Source: Clostridia bacterium | GTDB lineage: Bacteria > Bacillota > Clostridia > Christensenellales > CAG-138 | Assembly: GCA_045603585.1 (NCBI GenBank) | Contig: JAZUMK010000027.1 | Location: forward strand, 17,422-81,421 | DNA length: 64,000 nucleotides | Reading direction: 5' to 3' | Part shown: positions 26,016 through 35,468 of the stretch, one piece after another | How positions within the stretch are numbered: position 1 is the first letter of the stretch | Layout: each line of letters starts with the position of its first letter | Position numbers and translations under genes: made by a program | The notes under the pieces: model-generated | The model's database searches: none | What the model was told of the DNA's origin: nothing | What the model saw: only the letters and a program-made list of their open reading frames with translations

Positions 26016-28439
26016 TTATGACAGTGCCTTACGTCCTCCGATAACAATATCATCCAGCAAAGCCATTACCGTAAGCATACCCTTGCCTGCCCTCTGTTCG
26101 ATAAGCACCGATTCGGTATTAATTCTGGTTTCAGTACCGTGGAACTGGCTGATGACTATATCATAGGGTTCCTTTACATAGAATGCTGCGGCAACAGCTG
26201 TTCCGTTGGAGCCGTTTTTCTTGAAATCAAAGGTCTTTAAGCCTTTGCCGTTTCTGCCCTGAATTTCATAATCCAGTGCAAGGCTGCGCTTTGCATAGCC
26301 CCTGTCGGAAACGGTCAGTATCTCGCCCTCGTCTCCCATCTGGGTTGCAAACATGACCTCATCATCCCCATCCAGCTTCATGCACTTTACGCCGCCTGCT
26401 GATTTGCCCATCTCGGGCACGGTTTCGGTTTCAAAGCGAATGCTCATGCCCGCCTTGCTTATCATGATAATGCTGCTGTTTTCGCCGCTTACCTTTTCAA
26501 CGGCAACTATACCGTCGCCATCCCTGAGAGAAATGGCCGCCGTACGCTTGGCTCGGATATCATACTCTGCGCCGGAAGTAAGCTTAACATTGCCCTTCTT
26601 GGTATAGAACAGCAGCCTGGAATCAGCAACAGTATCAAAGCAGGCAACTATATGTTCGTCCTTTTCGAGCTGCACAAGGGAATTCAGATTTACAGCCTTT
26701 GCGTTGGCGCGGGTTTCAGGCATTTCATCCACCGCAAGCATAAGACAGTTACCCATATCCGTAAACATATACAGCTTTTTATCCGTCTGGGTATCGATAA
26801 TAAAGCGTGGCTTTTCTGCCGCAATCTGTTCAATTGAGAAATTGCGTTTTGGCATGCGGCGCACCTTGCCGCCTTCCAGCAGCGCAACCACCGCATCATC
26901 CACCACTATCATATCTTCGCGGGCAACGATAATTTCCTGCTCCCCTGCTATAAGCTTTGTTCTGCGGGGAACGGCGTGCTTTTCTTTAATTGCCAGCATT
27001 TCTGCGCGGATTACAGCGCGCAGCTTTTCCTTTGAAGCCAATATGGCCTTGTATTCCTTTATCAGGCGCTTGACTTCCTTGTATTCCTTTTCAATTGCAA
27101 GGCGCTCAAGGTTTGTAAGGCGCTGAAGACGCAAATCAAGTATTGCCTGCGCCTGTGTTTCGGTAAGACCGAAGCGGGTCATGAGGGCTTCGCGGGCCTC
27201 CTTGGGAGATTTTGCGGCACGAATAAGCGCAATAACCTCATCGATATTGGAAATGGCCACCATAAGGCCTTCCAGAATGTGTTCCCTTCGCTCTGCCGCG
27301 TCAAGGTCATACTTTGTACGCCTGGTTACAACATTTTCCTGATGGACAATATAATGCCGCAGTATCTCGCGAACGCCCAATGTCTGGGGCTTGCCCTCGG
27401 CAATGGCAACCATGTTTATGCCAAAGGTCGTCTGCAGGTCAGAATACTTGTAAAGATACTGAAGTATCTTATCCGCATCGGCATCCTTTTTTACCTCTAT
27501 GACAGCTCGCATGCCCATCCTGTCGGATTCATCCCGTATTCCGGATATGCCTGCAAACAGCACCTTTTTTTCTTCGCTTACCCTGAGTATTTCTTCCAGC
27601 GCTCTGGCCTTGTTGACCTGATAGGGCATTTCGGTAATGACGATAAGTTTTTTGCCATTCTTCTGCTCCTCTATCTCGGTCTTTGCGCGAACAGTGATCT
27701 TGCCGCGGCCGGTTTCATATGCGGCGCGTATTTCGTCGGATTCCAGTATGTATCCGCCTGTTGGAAAATCCGGGCAGGGCATCACCTTCATGATTTCATC
27801 AAGAGATACATCCGGGTTGTCCAATACTAAAATTGCCGCATCAATAGCCTCCGCCATGTTATGGGGAGGTATGTTTGTGGCAAGGCCAACGGCGATGCCG
27901 GAGGTACCGTTTACCAGAAGATTAGGAAATCTGCCCGGCAACACATCGGGCTCTTTTAGGGTATCGTCAAAGTTAAGGCTGAATTTTACCGTATCTTTAT
28001 CAAGATCCCGCAGCATCTCAATAGCCACAGGGGTCATGCGTGCCTCGGTATATCGCATTGCGGCGGCAGAGTCGCCGTCCACGCTGCCGAAGTTTCCGTG
28101 GCCGTCCACCATGGGCATCTGCATATTGAAATCCTGGGCCATGCGCACCATGGCATCATATACGGACGAATCGCCATGGGGATGATATTTACCCAGACAG
28201 TCACCCACGATACGGGCGCTCTTTCTGTGGGGCTTATCCGGAGCAAGACCAAGCTCCATCATGGTATAGAGTATGCGCCGCTGAACAGGCTTGAGACCGT
28301 CCTCGATACGAGGCAGCGCACGTTCCATGATTACATGCTCGGCATAGGGTATCATGGAGTCGTGCATTACTGCATCCATGCCCTTGGTCAATATGGTTTC
28401 TCCGGTAAAGGATATCTGGTTATCTGTTTTTTTTGCCAT
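26016..28439 (-). CDS. parC: Type IIA topoisomerase subunit A, probably topoisomerase IV ParC (a GyrA paralog is not excluded)
   Basis: 807 aa with the catalytic region [18 protein letters not shown] and HPHGD. I do not see the GyrA-box (QxRGGxG) at the start of the C-terminal beta-pinwheel. The gene is not in a dnaA-dnaN-recF-gyrB context. Confidence 0.8.
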   Translation of the reverse strand: MAKKTDNQISFTGETILTKGMDAVMHDSMIPYAEHVIMERALPRIEDGLKPVQRRILYTMMELGLAPDKPHRKSARIVGDCLGKYHPHGDSSVYDAMVRMAQDFNMQMPMVDGHGNFGSVDGDSAAAMRYTEARMTPVAIEMLRDLDKDTVKFSLNFDDTLKEPDVLPGRFPNLLVNGTSGIAVGLATNIPPHNMAEAIDAAILVLDNPDVSLDEIMKVMPCPDFPTGGYILESDEIRAAYETGRGKITVRAKTEIEEQKNGKKLIVITEMPYQVNKARALEEILRVSEEKKVLFAGISGIRDESDRMGMRAVIEVKKDADADKILQYLYKYSDLQTTFGINMVAIAEGKPQTLGVREILRHYIVHQENVVTRRTKYDLDAAERREHILEGLMVAISNIDEVIALIRAAKSPKEAREALMTRFGLTETQAQAILDLRLQRLTNLERLAIEKEYKEVKRLIKEYKAILASKEKLRAVIRAEMLAIKEKHAVPRRTKLIAGEQEIIVAREDMIVVDDAVVALLEGGKVRRMPKRNFSIEQIAAEKPRFIIDTQTDKKLYMFTDMGNCLMLAVDEMPETRANAKAVNLNSLVQLEKDEHIVACFDTVADSRLLFYTKKGNVKLTSGAEYDIRAKRTAAISLRDGDGIVAVEKVSGENSSIIMISKAGMSIRFETETVPEMGKSAGGVKCMKLDGDDEVMFATQMGDEGEILTVSDRGYAKRSLALDYEIQGRNGKGLKTFDFKKNGSNGTAVAAAFYVKEPYDIVISQFHGTETRINTESVLIEQRAGKGMLTVMALLDDIVIGGRKALS

Positions 28440-28445
28440 TGCCGC

Positions 28446-30413
28446 TTACCTTTCAGCGCTTTCTATGGTCACCTTGTCCTCAAATGTATCTGTCTTGTTG
28501 AAGTTGGCATATTCGCTTATGTATTCCTTGCGGGGAGCAACCTTGTCCCCCATAAGCACCGTAACAAGATGCTCAACATCAGCAGCATCCGTCAGCTCTA
28601 CCCTTATCAGTGAGCGGTTTTCGGGATTCATGGTGGTTTCCCAAAGCTGCTCGGGGTTCATCTCGCCAAGACCCTTGTAACGCTGAAGTGTGTAGCCCTT
28701 TGTGCCACGGGTCAGCTTATTAAGCTCCGCATCGGAATAGGCGTATTTTACATCCTTGCCCCGCTGTATCTTGTAAAGAGGTGGCAAGCCGATATAAACG
28801 TGACCTTCAGTAATAAGCTCCTTCATATAGCGATAGAAGAAGGTAAGCAGTATTGCACGGATATGGGCGCCATCCTGGTCAGCATCGGACAGGATTATGA
28901 TTTTATTGTACTTAAGGCCGGATATATCAAAGTCCTCGCCGATGCCTGTGCCCATGGCGGTAATGATGGAGCGGAACTCCTCATTGGCCAATACCTGATC
29001 CAGACGTTTCTTTTCAACATTAAGCGGCTTGCCGCGAAGGGGCAATATGGCCTGAAAGCGTCTGTCTCTGCCCTGCTTTGCGCTGCCGCCTGCAGAGTCA
29101 CCCTCTACGATAAACAGCTCATTAAGCTCCGCATTGCGTCCTGTGCAGCTGGACAGTTTGCCGACCAGCGGGGCGTTTTCCAGCTTGCTCTTTTCGCGGG
29201 CCATGGTCTTTGCCTTGCGGGCAGCTTCCCTTACCTTTGCGGCCTTTGCTGCCTTATCTGCGATCTTGGCTGCTATTTCGCCGTTTTTAAGGTCATCAAG
29301 GTATGTGGCAAGCTGTTCGGAAAGAATGTATTCCACTGCGGTGCGTGCTTCGGTATTTCCAAGCTTGGTTTTGGTCTGGCCCTCAAACTGAACATTTCGC
29401 ATCTTGAGGGAAATAACCGCAGTAAGGCCTTCCCGGAAGTCCTCGCCGGAAAGTGACGGATCCTTATCCTTGAGTATGCCTGCCTTGCGGCAATAATCGT
29501 TTAGCACCTTGGTAAGGGCCGCTTTGAAGCCTGTTTCGTGGGCGCCGCCCTCGGTGGTGGGTATGTTATTTACATAGGAGAATATACTCTCGGTATAGCC
29601 GTCGTTGTGCTGCATGGCTATTTCCACGGAGATATTATCCTTTTTCCCGCTGATATATATAGGTTCGGCATAAATCGCCGTCTTGTCGTCGCTGAGATAC
29701 TTTACAAAATCTATTATGCCGCCGTCGTAGCGGAATTCGCTGGCCTTTTTGTTGCCCCTCTCCCTCTCATCCTCCAGCATAAAAGTTACGCCTTTGTTAA
29801 GGTAGGCAAGCTCCTTCAGCCGCTTGGATATAACGCCGAAGTTCATTTCGAGGGTTTCAAATACACGCTTGTCCGGCAGGAAGGTTATCTTTGTGCCCTG
29901 GCGGCGCACCCTGCCTTCTTCAGCGAGGGGAGCCATGGGACGGCCTGATACCATCTTGCCGTCGGCGCCTTCATAGCTGCGGAAGGTCTGGCGATACAGC
30001 CTGCCGCCTGTGCATACCTCAACCTCAAGGTATTCGCTGAGGGCATTTACAACAGATGCGCCAACACCGTGAAGGCCACCGGAATAGCCGTAGGAATCAT
30101 TATCAAACTTGCCGCCTGCATGAAGCTGAGTAAATACCACCTCGACGCCGCTTACCCCAAGCTTTTCATGTATGCCAACAGGTATACCGCGGCCATTGTC
30201 CTCTACGGTAACGGACTGATCTCTGTGCAGCGTAACCTTCACTGTATCGGCAAAGCCGTTTGCGGCTTCATCCACAGCGTTGTCCACTATCTCCCACAGC
30301 ATATGATGCAGGCCCTTGATACCGGTGCTGCCTATATACATGCCGGGACGCATGCGCACCGCCTCAAGACCCTCCATTATTTTAATATCACTTACATCAT
30401 AATCCTTGGCCAT
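28446..30413 (-). CDS. parE: Type IIA topoisomerase subunit B, probably topoisomerase IV ParE
   Basis: GHKL ATPase (VDNAVDEA, GGLHGVG), Toprim (EGDSAGG, DADQDGAHI). I prefer ATG 30413 (MAKDYDVSDI), which has GGAGG 5 nt upstream. The longest ORF starts at 30431. Confidence 0.8.
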   Translation of the reverse strand: MAKDYDVSDIKIMEGLEAVRMRPGMYIGSTGIKGLHHMLWEIVDNAVDEAANGFADTVKVTLHRDQSVTVEDNGRGIPVGIHEKLGVSGVEVVFTQLHAGGKFDNDSYGYSGGLHGVGASVVNALSEYLEVEVCTGGRLYRQTFRSYEGADGKMVSGRPMAPLAEEGRVRRQGTKITFLPDKRVFETLEMNFGVISKRLKELAYLNKGVTFMLEDERERGNKKASEFRYDGGIIDFVKYLSDDKTAIYAEPIYISGKKDNISVEIAMQHNDGYTESIFSYVNNIPTTEGGAHETGFKAALTKVLNDYCRKAGILKDKDPSLSGEDFREGLTAVISLKMRNVQFEGQTKTKLGNTEARTAVEYILSEQLATYLDDLKNGEIAAKIADKAAKAAKVREAARKAKTMAREKSKLENAPLVGKLSSCTGRNAELNELFIVEGDSAGGSAKQGRDRRFQAILPLRGKPLNVEKKRLDQVLANEEFRSIITAMGTGIGEDFDISGLKYNKIIILSDADQDGAHIRAILLTFFYRYMKELITEGHVYIGLPPLYKIQRGKDVKYAYSDAELNKLTRGTKGYTLQRYKGLGEMNPEQLWETTMNPENRSLIRVELTDAADVEHLVTVLMGDKVAPRKEYISEYANFNKTDTFEDKVTIESAER

Positions 30414-30568
30414 TTGTTCCTCCGATACCATATGCGGTATATTCAGCTATTCATTACCACATTATATTATAATACAAAGTCTTCACAATGTACACATCAC
30501 CCTTAATGAGTATTTTATATCATAAAGGTATTTTTTATTGTTTTTCCGTTTTTTTAGTCTTTCGCATA

Positions 30569-30577
30569 TGCTATAAT
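30569..30577 (+). promoter_or_regulatory. Extended -10 element TGcTATAAT, 7 nt upstream of the ykvI ATG
   Basis: TG at 30569-30570, TATAAT at 30572-30577, ATG at 30585. There is no SD in between. Confidence 0.4.
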
Positions 30578-30584
30578 TTAAAAT

Positions 30585-31676
30585 ATGGAAAACACTAAAA
30601 GAATCAAAACCGTCCAGCTTGCCTTTTCCTATGCGGGCTTCTATCTTGGAGCAGGATATCTCTCAGGTCAGGAGCTGTGGCAATTCTTCGGCGTATATGG
30701 AAATCACGGTATATACGGCATGATAGTTGCCGTATTGTCTTTGGCGCTGCTTGGAGTTTTGCTGTTCGCCGTCACAAAATCCGTGGGTACGGAGGAATTT
30801 GACCGGGCTATAATCCGCTTTTACAGCCCCGCCGCCCTGCGCACCTTTGCGCTGCTGGAGATGTTCTTTACCTTTGCAGTTTTCATGGTAATGTCCGCAG
30901 GCGGCGGAGCATTGCTTGAGCAGGTATTCGGCCTTCATCACGCAATAGGCAGCGCATTGTTCTGCATTGCGGTAGCCTATGTTTCATTGCAGGGCCTTGA
31001 TGGACTGATGAAATCCCTCAGCCTGCTGGTTCCCCTGCTTACCGCAACCACACTGGTCATCGCCATTCTTGCCCTGATAAGAAACGCCGGCGCTCCTGTT
31101 ACTCTCACTCCTGCGCCAGTCACAAATCCCCTGATGGGCAACTGGATGTTCTCCTCCCTTACCTACATCTCCTATAATTTCTTCGGCGCGGTCTGCGTAT
31201 GCGTTCCTTTGGCAAAGCATGTTTCCACCAGGACCGCAAAGCTTGGCCCCATACTCGGCAGCGTAATTCTCGGCCTAATAGCCGCAGCGGTATTCTCATC
31301 CATGGCAATGAACCCCGCTGCAACAGAAGCGCAGCTTCCCATGCTGGCCATCGCCCAGAGCATAAATCCCAATCTGGGCTACGTCAGCGCAGCGCCCTTG
31401 CTGTTTGGTATGTTTGGTACCTCTCTTTCTGCCATAGTGGCTTTGCTGGCCTATGGCGAAAGCCGCATACCCTCCCTCCACAGCCGCAGAACTCCCGTAA
31501 CAGCCATTCTGGCAGTCATCACATGGGCGGGCAGTTTGTTCGGCTTTGATAAGCTTATAAGCGTGCTGTACCCAATTTGCGGCTATGTGGGCATAATCGT
31601 AATCGTTCTGCTGATAGAGCGCAGAATATACCAGATTCGCCACGATCAGGCGCAGCCTCAGGAATCTTACAAATAA
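30585..31676 (+). CDS. YkvI-family membrane protein (putative transporter)
   Basis: 363 aa, about 10-11 TM helices, with the N-terminal motif AFSYAGFYLGAGYLSGQELWQFF typical of YkvI. Confidence 0.8.
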   Translation: MENTKRIKTVQLAFSYAGFYLGAGYLSGQELWQFFGVYGNHGIYGMIVAVLSLALLGVLLFAVTKSVGTEEFDRAIIRFYSPAALRTFALLEMFFTFAVFMVMSAGGGALLEQVFGLHHAIGSALFCIAVAYVSLQGLDGLMKSLSLLVPLLTATTLVIAILALIRNAGAPVTLTPAPVTNPLMGNWMFSSLTYISYNFFGAVCVCVPLAKHVSTRTAKLGPILGSVILGLIAAAVFSSMAMNPAATEAQLPMLAIAQSINPNLGYVSAAPLLFGMFGTSLSAIVALLAYGESRIPSLHSRRTPVTAILAVITWAGSLFGFDKLISVLYPICGYVGIIVIVLLIERRIYQIRHDQAQPQESYK

Positions 31677-31685
31677 TCAATAAAC

Positions 31686-31716
31686 TAAAAAAGGGCGGAA
31701 ATTCCGTCCTTTTTTG
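31686..31716. terminator. Bidirectional rho-independent terminator between ykvI and the DUF368 gene
   Basis: AAAAAAGGGCGG-aaatt-CCGTCCTTTTTT. Confidence 0.7.
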
Positions 31717-31727
31717 TATGCTTGTCT

Positions 31728-32570
31728 TTATTTGTTTGCTTTATCCAGCTTGGAAAGCAGATATGCAGCCGCAAAACCTATCGCCGCAGCAGCTATGCTC
31801 AGTATCATTTCCCTGCCGTCCCTGAAGGTCGTAGGAATTATAGGAATCGTGGAAGCTATTACAAAGCCGATAATGCAATGGCAAGCCACGCCGTAATTTC
31901 TGGTAAGCAGCGCGTTTATTCCCCTGGCAAGGAGTATCACGGTAATTACGATGCCCAGCAGGAACGGTATCATAACCTTCATATCCATAGCCGCTATACC
32001 AGCCGCCATTGGATAATACAGCCCCAGCAGCATCAGTATGGAGGACGAAGTCATGCCGGGAGCGATCATACTGAGACCCCAAAGGGCTCCGCAGAACAGG
32101 AACCAGCCCATATTTGGGGTAAGCTGTACCTGCATGCCGTACTTTATTACCATAAACACCGCAAGCAGCGCCGCAGTGCTGACAATAAGCGCAGCCCAGC
32201 AGGCTTTATTTCGGCCATCGCGGGCACTGTCGCGGAAAAGTTCGGGCAATGTGCCTATTATGAGGCCGATAAACAGACAGGTGACTATTGTGGCTTCCTT
32301 TTCCGCAATTTTTGCTATTGCTCCTGCAAGCAAAACAAACCCCGCAAGAAATCCCAAAACAATTGGAAGTATCATGTGCTTGTATTTTGGGAGGCCTTTC
32401 TTGGGATGGGAAAGCATTTCCATCATGGGCTGATATATGCCGAATATTACGCACAGCACTCCGCCGCTTATGCCCGGCAGCACTGCGCCTACGCCCATAA
32501 CCATGCCCTCGATGAAATACAGGGCAAACTTCGCCGGATTAAACTGTTTATTCTGAATATCCTGTGGCAT
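31728..32570 (-). CDS. DUF368-family membrane protein (family reported as a polyprenyl/undecaprenyl-phosphate translocase)
   Basis: 280 aa, about 8 TM helices, with the LPGISGG motif near the N-terminus and a second PGMTSSS repeat. Confidence 0.85.
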   Translation of the reverse strand: MPQDIQNKQFNPAKFALYFIEGMVMGVGAVLPGISGGVLCVIFGIYQPMMEMLSHPKKGLPKYKHMILPIVLGFLAGFVLLAGAIAKIAEKEATIVTCLFIGLIIGTLPELFRDSARDGRNKACWAALIVSTAALLAVFMVIKYGMQVQLTPNMGWFLFCGALWGLSMIAPGMTSSSILMLLGLYYPMAAGIAAMDMKVMIPFLLGIVITVILLARGINALLTRNYGVACHCIIGFVIASTIPIIPTTFRDGREMILSIAAAAIGFAAAYLLSKLDKANK

Positions 32571-32596
32571 TATTTAAGCTACCTCTATGCTTTGTT

Positions 32597-33151
32597 TTAT
32601 TCATCCTGAGACTTCTGAGGTTTTTCCGCAGTAAGTGTATTCATAAGATACTTGTAAATATCAACTGAGCTTTCACGCCAAAGCCTTATGGCGGAGTTTG
32701 CTGTTTTGGTATCCGGCATAAGTATCTCGATCGCCAGTACATTGCGGTTGCTTTCCATAGCCTTCAGGGTAACTGTATAGCCGCCGTCGCAGGCTTCTCT
32801 TGCCCTTGCGGAATACTGGGTATCCAGCAGTATCTTATCCCTGCTTTTGTCTGCAAAGTGATCCAGCATATCCCTGCGGGACTGGGGTATACGCTCCTGA
32901 AACATTTCCAGCACCTGCTCTCCCTCGGCTGTCAGCATATACGCCTGACCGAATGCCTTTGGAACTGCTGCCAGCAGACCGGATTCTTCCAGCTCGCCAA
33001 TGGTGGTCTGCAGGTCAAAATACGGTATCAGATCGTACTCCACGCAAAAATCCGCAAATTGATCGCGGGTCATTTCTATATCCAGGCTCTTTATACAATA
33101 GAGCACTATAAGCTTGTCTCTGTTGGTTTCGTCATAGAAAAAACCGCCCAT
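32597..33151 (-). CDS. DUF4364-like protein (winged-helix N-terminal domain)
   Basis: I prefer ATG 33151 (MGGFFYDETNRDKLIVLYCI...), which has AAAGGAG upstream. The longest ORF (start 33286) adds an implausible hydrophobic leader. Confidence 0.6.
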   Translation of the reverse strand: MGGFFYDETNRDKLIVLYCIKSLDIEMTRDQFADFCVEYDLIPYFDLQTTIGELEESGLLAAVPKAFGQAYMLTAEGEQVLEMFQERIPQSRRDMLDHFADKSRDKILLDTQYSARAREACDGGYTVTLKAMESNRNVLAIEILMPDTKTANSAIRLWRESSVDIYKYLMNTLTAEKPQKSQDE

Positions 33152-33273
33152 TTTTTCTCCTTTCTGTTTGGCATACAAAAAAATAAAGGGCAAAAAACAG
33201 CCTGTATGCCTGAGAAACATTATAACATCATACCGAAAGAATGCAAAGAAGAAACATAATTCTAAATTAATGC

Positions 33274-33301
33274 TTGCAAAGTTCAAAAAAACATGTATAA
33301 T
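33274..33301 (+). promoter_or_regulatory. Putative sigma-A promoter for the tRNA pair (TTGCAA-N16-TATAAT)
   Basis: Hexamers at 33274-33279 and 33296-33301. tRNA-Val starts 13 nt downstream of the -10. Confidence 0.6.
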
Positions 33302-33313
33302 AATACTTGCTTA

Positions 33314-33390
33314 GGGGTTATAGCTCAGCTGGTCAGAGCGCTACGTTGACATCGTAGAGGTCGTTGGTTCGATCCCAACTAATCCCACCA
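33314..33390 (+). tRNA. tRNA-Val (anticodon GAC), CCA encoded
   Basis: Manual cloverleaf: acceptor GGGGTTA/TAATCCC, D arm GCTC..GAGC, anticodon arm CTACG-TTGACAT-CGTAG, T arm GTTGG-TTCGATC-CCAAC, then A-CCA. Confidence 0.95.
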
Positions 33391-33581
33391 ATATCCTGCG
33401 GTGTGCGTCACGTTCCGGATATAAACCCACAGTTTAACATCGGGATTGCACGTTGGCGCAGTGGATGCCACTCGGATTTATCCAAGTAAGCAGAAACTCC
33501 CACAGCTCACCCACCTGCCGAGAGGCGGGCGTTATAGCGGGGCGAACGGCACCTTGGGATAAAAGCTTTTACATCAGATAT

Positions 33582-33655
33582 TGCGGAATTGTGTAATGGT
33601 AGCACCTACGACTCTGACTCGTATTGTCTAGGTTCGAATCCTAGTTCCGCAGCCA
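33582..33655 (+). tRNA. tRNA-Gln (anticodon CTG), CCA encoded
   Basis: Manual cloverleaf: acceptor TGCGGAA/TTCCGCA (U1-A72, as in bacterial tRNA-Gln), anticodon arm TACGA-CTCTGAC-TCGTA, T arm CTAGG-TTCGAAT-CCTAG, then G-CCA. Confidence 0.93.
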
Positions 33656-33659
33656 TAAT

Positions 33660-33709
33660 CGGACACCAGTTTTGATACAATGCGTATCGAAGCAGGTGTC
33701 CGGTTTTTT
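33660..33709 (+). terminator. Rho-independent terminator after the tRNA pair
   Basis: CGGACACC ... GGTGTCCG enclosing an inner hairpin, followed by GTTTTTTG. Confidence 0.75.
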
Positions 33710-33788
33710 GTTATTTATTGCAATAATCCAATATAAGATTTAGAATGAACTTGGATTGCATACTTCGTACGCAAGGAGGTCTTTGAAC

Positions 33789-35468
33789 ATGAAACGAAGC
33801 CTTGGTTTGATACTTTCCATCATGATGGTATTAAGTGTCTTAGTTGGTTGTCAACGCAGCATATCTGACCAAACACAGGAGACACCCGACCCTCAAACAG
33901 CTGCTGCGGTTCTCGCTGCAGAAAAAGATGCTGAGTTGCGTGCTGATTTACAAACACGAATCGATGAAATTCTAAACTCCGAAACAGAGATCGTCCACTC
34001 CGACACCTATGTTCTCGGCGAGACCTATACCGGTACTGCCTACTATATCTCCAATGATGGCAACGATGATAACGATGGTTTGACCCCTGAGACGGCGTGG
34101 CAGACCATATCGAAACTTGCTCAGGAAGCCGGCGGCTGGGAAAGAGGGGGTATTCTCAAACCTGGTGATGCGGTTTTTTTCCGCAGAGGAGACATTTTCC
34201 GTGACCAAAATTTTCACCTCGGCACAGATGGCTTAACCTTTTCAGCCTATGGTGAGGGTCCCAAACCCATTTTTACCACATCCTCTGAAAATGGAGCGGG
34301 AAAAGAAAAGTGGGAACTTATATATGAAGATGATACAGGCAAGAAGATATGGCAGTTCTATCGAGATATGTCAGATGTTAGCAGGCTGATTCTCAATGAC
34401 GGAGAGGTCATTACCACCCGCATATATGAGTTCTATGATGAGAATGGATATATCTCCTGCGAAGCCACAGGCTGGTGGCAGCATGAGGCAGAAGGCGTTA
34501 CGCTTTTAGACTCGTTACTTCCGCTGGAAGAATCTATGATTGAGGATTTAACCATCATTAGTAGGCCGGAGCGATTTGAGGGATGGGATTATATTGATTG
34601 CGGAGTCGGGCCTCTTTATTTGCGTTGTGACAGCGGAAATCCAGGTGAACTGTATAATTCTATTGAATTTACAGAATATGCAATGAGTTCCAATATTTAT
34701 CTATGTGCTAGCAACTGTGTTTTTGACAATATCAGCTTTCGCTGTAATGGTAAGAGCTGTATCCAACCAGATAATTGGAAGGAAATTCAAAATACAGTCA
34801 TCCAAAACTGTGAGTTTGCCTATGGCGGCTGCACGGTCACATTTTATCGTGAGCGGGAAGACGGCGCCCTTGTTGTGGAAGTGCAGGGCGATGGTATCTA
34901 CAACATTGTCAGAAATACCACCGTTCAAAACAACTATTTCCATGACGGACCGACTTCCAGTGTAACATATGAAGGAGATAATTTTGACGATAAAGATACT
35001 GTAGACGGATACTTTCACTGTTTGAACAACGTGATAATCAATACGAATGGCATTCGTCTGGACAGCACCGCCGATGCACTGAAATATTTGGACTCCGTAC
35101 AGATCTGCGGCAATCAGGTATGGAACACCGGACGTATGGATCAAGGAAAATTGATTTACTCCGAGGGTTCTCTGGTTCTGATGCCCAACAACTACGGCGA
35201 GTGTATCGTTTCGGACAATGTTTTTTATGGTACGGAAAATGGTCATCCTATGAATGCTCTGCTGGATATACTCCTGTATGACTTTGAAGAAGCGGGATAT
35301 ACACGTCCACAGTTCCAAAACAACACCTATATTCAGTATGCAGGCCGAAACTTTGGCGATTTTATTATGCAGGGCTCCGAAACATGGGCAATGGACGACC
35401 CGGAATTGCTGACGAAAGCGGCAGAACTGCTGGGTGATACTACTTCCGAATTCTATGTGGTCGAATGA
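33789..35468 (+). CDS. Secreted lipoprotein, probably a right-handed parallel beta-helix repeat protein (function unknown)
   Basis: ATG 33789 has AGGAGG upstream. The lipobox is MKRSLGLILSIMMVLSVLVGC. The C-terminal half has repeated short N/G/D/I-rich beta-strand-like segments (NCVFDNISF, IQNCEFAYGG, VRNTTVQNNYFHDG, LNNVIINTNGIRL). The fold assignment is an inference. Confidence 0.65.
   Translation: MKRSLGLILSIMMVLSVLVGCQRSISDQTQETPDPQTAAAVLAAEKDAELRADLQTRIDEILNSETEIVHSDTYVLGETYTGTAYYISNDGNDDNDGLTPETAWQTISKLAQEAGGWERGGILKPGDAVFFRRGDIFRDQNFHLGTDGLTFSAYGEGPKPIFTTSSENGAGKEKWELIYEDDTGKKIWQFYRDMSDVSRLILNDGEVITTRIYEFYDENGYISCEATGWWQHEAEGVTLLDSLLPLEESMIEDLTIISRPERFEGWDYIDCGVGPLYLRCDSGNPGELYNSIEFTEYAMSSNIYLCASNCVFDNISFRCNGKSCIQPDNWKEIQNTVIQNCEFAYGGCTVTFYREREDGALVVEVQGDGIYNIVRNTTVQNNYFHDGPTSSVTYEGDNFDDKDTVDGYFHCLNNVIINTNGIRLDSTADALKYLDSVQICGNQVWNTGRMDQGKLIYSEGSLVLMPNNYGECIVSDNVFYGTENGHPMNALLDILLYDFEEAGYTRPQFQNNTYIQYAGRNFGDFIMQGSETWAMDDPELLTKAAELLGDTTSEFYVVE

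Noticed and set aside
33391-33581. Inter-tRNA spacer as a degenerate third tRNA, T-box, SRP RNA or small-protein gene
   Set aside because: It has no T-arm (GTTCRAnyC) and no 7-nt anticodon loop flanked by a 5-bp stem. It has no T-box consensus and no SRP domain-IV GGAA/AGCA motifs. The only ATG-initiated frame (from about 33465) lacks an SD and runs into tRNA-Gln. I keep it only as an unclassified structured-RNA candidate.
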